Shown piece after piece: positions 58,902 to 64,000 of a DNA stretch of 64,000 nt. The DNA is from Phycisphaerae bacterium (GTDB taxonomy: Bacteria; Planctomycetota; Phycisphaerae; UBA1845; Fen-1342). Within the stretch, counting starts at the first letter, position 1. Every line of letters starts with the position of its first letter. A model generated the notes under the pieces. That model did not search any database. It had not been told where the DNA came from and was given only the letters and a program-made list of their open reading frames with translations. The stretch lies in contig JASFQK010000015.1 of assembly GCA_050115495.1 (NCBI GenBank), positions 64,001 through 128,000 on the forward strand, read 5' to 3'. Made by a program: the position numbers and the translations under genes.

Positions 58902-59647
58902 GGTCAGCCCCTTTCACAAAGGACGTGCCTCTCGTGAGCGTGGGAACCGCCACGGAATCCCGCCCATGCCCCTGCGCTGAGCCGGATTCCGGCGGATGCA
59001 TCCCCACACCGCCATGCTACCCAGCGGCCCGAGCCGGTTCAAGGCACTTGAACGCACCACGGCGCTTCCCCGTGTCTGCCGATGTTAAGATGTGCACCGG
59101 CCCAATTTCATGGGGGACCTTCCGCAAAAAAACGGCCTTACCCCTGCCCTGGTCGGCGCGGCCGGGGCCGAACCAGTTACGCCGCGTACTGCCGCCTGAA
59201 GGCTTGCCCGCGTCCACCCGATCGGCAAACAGACTCGTTCGGACGCGACGGTGCCCGCTCACGCGCCACACCCGGCCCGTGACGCGGGGCGCCACGTGCT
59301 CCGTGCCAGCGTTTGCCCGCTTCGGCGGACGGAACACCCGCCGGCAGCGCGGCCCCGTTTCGCGGCGGCCCTGCCGTGGGGCCGTCCAAACCGGCGTCCA
59401 GGGCGATTCCTCGCTGATGCCTACCCGGCGGCCGCCGCGCTGCTGATCGTTGATTCTGGGGTCTCTCCCGCGGTCTGGCGCGCCTTCTGGGCGTACCGAT
59501 GCTGTCGTTGCCGTCCGCAGCCGGCCAGCTGGTCGCCGGGCTCGCTTGACGATCCGCGGCGCTGCGGGCGCCGCCACGTGGCTGCGGGTCGCCAGCGATA
59601 ATAGCGGCCAGGCGGAGTGGCGGAACCGCTAACAGCAGCCCTGGAAG

Positions 59648-60006
59648 CGTAACCCCTGTAGCGGCAAGGGTTTAGAAAAGAGGACCTCTAGGGTTGAGAC
59701 AGCTTGCCAAGGGGTGTGACAAATCAGGCATCTGGGTATGCTTTGTCGCAAGCTATCGTAAATGCTTTCCGGGGCGTGGCTTAGAAAAGAGGACCTCCAG
59801 GGTTGAGACAGAGAGACAGTTTTGTCAATCAACATACATGAGGCTTCCCCTCCTGTTGAATAAGGGGTCTATATGTATGTACGCAAAATCGCTGTCTCAC
59901 TGTCTCAGACCGATTGGTCCGCAATTTAAGCCCTTACGGCCACGTAGCTTATAGCGGCCCGGGGTGAGACAGCGGACCTCCATGTCCGTTGTCACAGAGT
60001 GTCTCA
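59648..60006. other. Candidate replication origin (iteron-like repeats around an AT-richer palindrome)
   Basis: 31-bp direct repeats at 59672 and 59781; GAGACAG/CTGTCTC heptamers in opposed orientation; ~100-bp imperfect IR at 59804-59907. Confidence 0.6.
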
Positions 60007-60199
60007 CCAGCGGCTCACCCCCTGGTCTAGGAAGTCTAGGCGGGGAATTTGCAGGGGGGTTGTCGCAAAAAGAATGGCTTACCCCCGCGCTATGGGCCGC
60101 GGCGAGGGCCAAACCACGTCGCGCGTCGCGGGCATCGCGGGCAACTGGGGGACCCGTCAAGTGTATGGCTAGAGTACCTAGAACGCGCGGGTTGCCCGA

Positions 60200-62329
60200 T
60201 CAACCGACGGCAGACGCCGACGCTCGGCTGGGGTGCATGGCTCGGGCGAACGTGGTGAGGCTGTCGTTTGGGCGGGATGCACAGCGAGCCCAGGTGGGCG
60301 AGGCGGGCAGAATGGTATGGGGCCGCGTGGCGCCAGAGAGAACCCACGCCGGGCTAGGCTGCGTGGGGCCGTGGCAACTGGCCGTTGGGACATCGACGCG
60401 CCGACCGACGGTCGGACTGGGGTTACCGATCATACGTCGGTGGGGACGGCCGGCGGAAGGCGGAGTTGGAGCGCTCGCCTGTACCGTCGCGACGACGCCC
60501 GCCCGCACGGGCTCCGGCAGCGTCGGCCACGCGGTCACGACCGCCGCCAAGTCCGGGGCGCTGCTGGCAAGCTCCGCCAAGCAGTCCGCCAAGCGGTCGC
60601 CCGCCGTGGCCTTATCTCCCTGTTCCGCAAGTGCTTGTGATCCCGCCCCCGCAGCCTTCCAATCCGCGTCCATCGTGGCACTTACAGCAGCCCTGCCCGA
60701 AGGCCGATCATCACCGCTTGTGCCAGCTTGCGACCCGTTCGTACACGCGTTGCCGGAATCTGGTACAAGCGTTGGTACAAGAAAACTCCGGCCGTCCGTG
60801 CCCGTCGCCTTCGCCCGCTGGGCGTCCGGCCGCCCGATCGGCGGAAGTGCCGGCAGAGCGTCGAGCGCACCGGCCACGTCGAGTAGCCGCGGGTCGGTGT
60901 ACGTGTTCATCGTGAGTTCAATCGTGCTGTGCCGCATCGCGGCTTGCGCCACGCGCGGCGTCACCCCGCCTTTGCTCAAGTGCGTTCCGAAGGTGTGCCG
61001 AAGGGAATGCACGTCGAGCACGCGGCCGCGGTCGTCTCGCTTCGGTATGTCCGCCACCTCAAGGTCCCGGTCGAACGCCCGTACCAAGTCTGCCGGAACG
61101 TGAAACAGCGGCGTATCGTCCGGCAGCCGGGCCGGCAACGGCAATCCCTTCGCCTTCGCTGCGGCCCGCGCCGCGTCGAGCCGTTCCCCGAGCCAAGCGT
61201 TCAGGTCGGCCACCAAGTCGGACCGCAACGGGATTTCCGCCCCACGGCCGGCCTTCTCATCGGCCGCGGCGAGCACCGCATACGCCACCCGCCCGTCAAG
61301 CTCAAGCTGTGCGACGGTCAGCGAAGCAAGCTCACCCTTTCGAAGCCCCGTCAGTAGCAGTGCCTTGTATATCAAGGCCCGCTCACGGCCGCGGCGTTCA
61401 AGTTCGGCGATGAAATCGGGCCGCTTGGCGAGCACGTCGCGGGCGTGCGCTTCGGCCGCGCCGAGCGTGCTAAGCGTCAACGGCGCCCGTTTCCAAGTTC
61501 GTCGACTGCGATTGTTCTCACGCTTGCCGGCGTCGGCGAGCTTCACCGTCGGTCGGCCGTACTCGGCAAGCGGGCGCAGCCGCGCCACGGTCAGCAGCCG
61601 GCGCAGCTCATCTTCCGTCAGTGCCCGACGCGGCCGGCGTTGGTCGGCCTTGCCGTCCCGCTTCGGCGGGCGGGCGAATGGGTTGGCCGTCAAGCGCTTC
61701 GTATCGACGCACCAATTCCCGAAGGCGCACGCCGCCAGTAGGTAGCCGTTCAGCGTGTTGGCGGGCATCCCTTCGGCTTCCCGAGCGTTCGCCCACTTCT
61801 CAAGCGCCGGCCGGCCCAGGTCGCGCAACAGCGTGAAGCCGCAATCGGCGATGACGCGCTTGAGGCGAAACCGGGCGTTGCGGACATGCGCCGCGTTCGT
61901 CCGCGGCTTCCCGCCCTTGCCGCGCTTCGTGCCCAGATGCTCAAGGTAGGCGTCCACGTGCGTCGAAAGCGCGGTGGTCCGGTGGTCAAGCACGGCATCT
62001 TCCGCGGCCGTCAACGAACCGCAGCGGACCCGCTCGGCCCGTTTTTCAAGCTCGGCGAGCACGATCAACGCCGCGTCGGCGCTTCGGCAGCCCGTCGCCG
62101 TCTTGCGTACGTGCCCGGCCCCGTCGCGGTACTTCGCCGTGAACGTCCGCGCTTCGACAAGCACGCGGTCGATGTCGGCGTGCTCGCCGTCGGTCGGCGT
62201 CGTCACCTTCGCCGTGTGCTTGCGGCCCCGACGGTCGGTCCAGCGGGCGAAGCGCTCGCCTTTGCGGGTGAACACTTCCGCGCCCGACGGCAGCGGCTTC
62301 GTGTAGGTTTCGCGGTACACGGTGCCCAT
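60200..62329 (-). CDS. Tyrosine recombinase/integrase 2 with long C-terminal extension
   Basis: LTGLRKGEL, DEKAGR, HSLRHT, MRHS, TMNTYTD; paralogous to integrase 1 up to ATGTD. Confidence 0.93.
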   Translation of the reverse strand: MGTVYRETYTKPLPSGAEVFTRKGERFARWTDRRGRKHTAKVTTPTDGEHADIDRVLVEARTFTAKYRDGAGHVRKTATGCRSADAALIVLAELEKRAERVRCGSLTAAEDAVLDHRTTALSTHVDAYLEHLGTKRGKGGKPRTNAAHVRNARFRLKRVIADCGFTLLRDLGRPALEKWANAREAEGMPANTLNGYLLAACAFGNWCVDTKRLTANPFARPPKRDGKADQRRPRRALTEDELRRLLTVARLRPLAEYGRPTVKLADAGKRENNRSRRTWKRAPLTLSTLGAAEAHARDVLAKRPDFIAELERRGRERALIYKALLLTGLRKGELASLTVAQLELDGRVAYAVLAAADEKAGRGAEIPLRSDLVADLNAWLGERLDAARAAAKAKGLPLPARLPDDTPLFHVPADLVRAFDRDLEVADIPKRDDRGRVLDVHSLRHTFGTHLSKGGVTPRVAQAAMRHSTIELTMNTYTDPRLLDVAGALDALPALPPIGRPDAQRAKATGTDGRSFLVPTLVPDSGNACTNGSQAGTSGDDRPSGRAAVSATMDADWKAAGAGSQALAEQGDKATAGDRLADCLAELASSAPDLAAVVTAWPTLPEPVRAGVVATVQASAPTPPSAGRPHRRMIGNPSPTVGRRVDVPTASCHGPTQPSPAWVLSGATRPHTILPASPTWARCASRPNDSLTTFARAMHPSRASASAVG

Positions 62330-62332
62330 GAT

Positions 62333-62542
62333 TCACCCTTCCCGCCGGCGCACGCGCCGGCACTCAATCCCGAAGTGTGCGGCGAGCTTGTCCGCCAGGT
62401 CCAGCCGAAGCGATTGCCCGCCGTTGACGAACCGCACCAGCGATACATGCGTCAGGCCCGTCGCCTTGGCCACGCCCCGGATAGAATCGGCTTCGGCGAG
62501 CGATTCGCGGAGCAGTTGCGTCATTGTCTTGTGCGTCGGCAT
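62333..62542 (-). CDS. Small XRE-type HTH regulator
   Basis: SIRGVAKATGLTHVSLVRFVNG..LRLDLADKLA; ends 3 bp before the int2 start. Confidence 0.85.
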   Translation of the reverse strand: MPTHKTMTQLLRESLAEADSIRGVAKATGLTHVSLVRFVNGGQSLRLDLADKLAAHFGIECRRVRRREG

Positions 62543-62728
62543 GGTAGCAATTGTTACCGCCCGACCGGCGTCCGTCAAGCCGGGATTTCCTCATTCTGCA
62601 CCCGCGGGGTGCGCCAGCACGTAACCCCGCGGGTGTCTGTGTACCCGTAGGGTACTGTGATACCGGGACTACACGCCCGTAAGCAGCGGGCGTGCACGCC
62701 CGGTTTGTCAGCGGGACTACACGCCCGC

Positions 62729-63160
62729 TCACGGCCGACCCCCTTCCGGCATCAGCAGCCGCCAAACCGACGGCCCGCCGGCCAGCGTGCCGCGCTTGAC
62801 CCGTTCCACAAGCCCGGTTTCCCGGAGTCGCTTCAGCGCCCGACGCATGGCCGATTCGTCACGCCCGGCTCGCCGTGCCAGGTCCGCCACGCTCGCCGTT
62901 ACGATGCCGTCCGGCTTGGCGTGCCGGTACAACAGCAGCCATGCGGCAAGCTCGGCCCGCGTACGCCGCGGAAGCTCGGCGTCGATGAACGCATTCAGCA
63001 GCGCGAACCGTCGCCGCACGGCGCCGCCGCCCCGGCCGGGTTTCCGCTTCGGCTTCGGCTCGGCACCGGTCGAAGCGGGATCGTTGCGGCGTTCGCGCCG
63101 CTCGCCCAAGTCCATCGGCGGAAGCACTTCGCCCGGCGGGATGATGCGCGGGTCGGTCAT
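62729..63160 (-). CDS. HTH protein, replication-initiator-like
   Basis: ELAAWLLL...ASVADLARRAG..ESAMRRALKRLRETGLV; followed by direct repeats. Confidence 0.75.
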   Translation of the reverse strand: MTDPRIIPPGEVLPPMDLGERRERRNDPASTGAEPKPKRKPGRGGGAVRRRFALLNAFIDAELPRRTRAELAAWLLLYRHAKPDGIVTASVADLARRAGRDESAMRRALKRLRETGLVERVKRGTLAGGPSVWRLLMPEGGRP

Positions 63161-64000
63161 TCATCGCCCCCGTCATCATCCGCCGCCGCGGGCGTCGAGC
63201 CCCACAGCGTCCGCAGCGATGCCGTGAGCTTGCCGCGGTCTGCGGGCGTCGCCGGCCCCGGCTCGGTCGGACGAAACGATTGAATACGCCGCTCGAAACG
63301 CAAGTTCACGTCCACCGGCTCGCCGTGCCGGTGCTTCAGGCAACGCAGCGTCACGGCTTCGGGATCGTCGCGGCCCGGCACCAGCACGTAAGCCGTGTCG
63401 GCCCCATATTCGAGTTCTGAGCTTTCACGGAAGCTCGCCAAGCTCAGCCCGTCGCCCACGTAAGATGAACGACCGCGTTTGTCTTTCGTCCGCGCCACCG
63501 CGGACACCGCCAGCACCGCGCATCCGGCGTCCGCAAATTGACGCAGGAAGTCCATCAGGGCATCGACCGAACCGCGTTTGTCGGCGTGCTCGCCCGGCGG
63601 CCGGATGCGTTGCAGGTAGTCCAGCGTCAGCAAGGCGCCGCCGAAGTCATCGGCCGTTGCGGCAATGTTGCCCAGGTCGAACGGCGGCGCGACGAACGCC
63701 AGCCGGTCGGCCACGGATTCGAGCGTCGCAAGCCCGCGGTCAATGCGGTCGGCGTGCTCGGCGCCGAGCGTCCGCTTGGCGATTGCGTCGAGCGGAACGC
63801 CCGACAGCCGGGCGAGCTGGCGGTCCAGTAGCACAGCCACGGACATTTCGACATTCGCGACCACGGCCCGTAGCGTCGGCTCGGCCCGCAGCGCGTCGAT
63901 TACCCACTGCATCGCGAGCGCAGTTTTCCCGCCACCCGGCAAACCCCCGACCAGCACCACACGCCCCGGCCCGACTTCGACGGTTGCCAGTGCGCCGGTG
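63157..64000 (-). CDS. DnaB-like helicase C-terminal domain (5' end outside the window)
   Basis: GGLPGGGKT, NVEMS, LDYLQ, FRESSELEYGAD, LKHRHGE. Confidence 0.9.
   Translation of the reverse strand, partial: TGALATVEVGPGRVVLVGGLPGGGKTALAMQWVIDALRAEPTLRAVVANVEMSVAVLLDRQLARLSGVPLDAIAKRTLGAEHADRIDRGLATLESVADRLAFVAPPFDLGNIAATADDFGGALLTLDYLQRIRPPGEHADKRGSVDALMDFLRQFADAGCAVLAVSAVARTKDKRGRSSYVGDGLSLASFRESSELEYGADTAYVLVPGRDDPEAVTLRCLKHRHGEPVDVNLRFERRIQSFRPTEPGPATPADRGKLTASLRTLWGSTPAAADDDGGDE

Larger units (their letters stand above)
50913..60662. mobile_element. Integrative element 1 (satellite/PICI-like, ~9.7 kb) in tRNA-Gly
   Basis: int, AAA_25 helicase, AlpA, regulators, cargo and ori; ends inferred from CAGCCTTCCAA (50913 and 60652) and arm repeats (51152 and 60573). 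Confidence 0.7.
60663..64000. mobile_element. Integrative element 2 (partial; continues beyond the window)
   Basis: int2, XRE HTH, HTH replication-initiator-like gene, DnaB-like helicase; own arm repeat TGGTACAAG x2. Confidence 0.7.

Noticed and set aside
59080..59160. Possible cos/packaging site in element 1
   Set aside because: Only a vague resemblance and no terminase or HNH gene nearby.
59690..59975. GAGACAG/CTGTCTC as Tn5/Nextera adapter contamination
   Set aside because: The rest of the mosaic end (AGATGTGTATAA) is absent and the heptamers sit within larger native repeats.

Overview
GC-rich bacterial chromosomal window, most likely Planctomycetota (Phycisphaerae-like). That call is inferred from PEP-CTERM and dockerin-tailed secreted proteins and the style of the integrases and repeats. 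Bases 1-50.8 kb are mostly core and metabolic genes: tyrA, aroC, tatA, a DPP-IV peptidase, rpmH, transketolase, apbE facing an rseC-rnfCDGEAB operon, a MacB-type ABC exporter, a DUF6754-like membrane operon, an AbiE toxin-antitoxin pair, purB, PMM/PGM, an M16 subunit, EF-G2, an ABM-ADH-FIST-histidine kinase operon and a FadL-type porin. A REP-rich intergenic zone at 41.3-44.1 kb contains an unannotated, strongly base-paired + strand RNA candidate. From tRNA-Gly(TCC) at 50.9 kb onward lie two tandem satellite-like integrative elements with paralogous tyrosine integrases. Matching arm-type repeats and an 11-bp anticodon-arm core place the right end of element 1 at about 60,660, inside the reading frame of integrase 2. 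A C-terminal tail encoded beyond that site is in frame with integrase 2, and with integrase 1 if joined through the duplicated tRNA end and read past one TGA. This suggests att-spanning integrases whose C-terminus depends on recombination state. All calls come from reading the sequence; no database searches were run.
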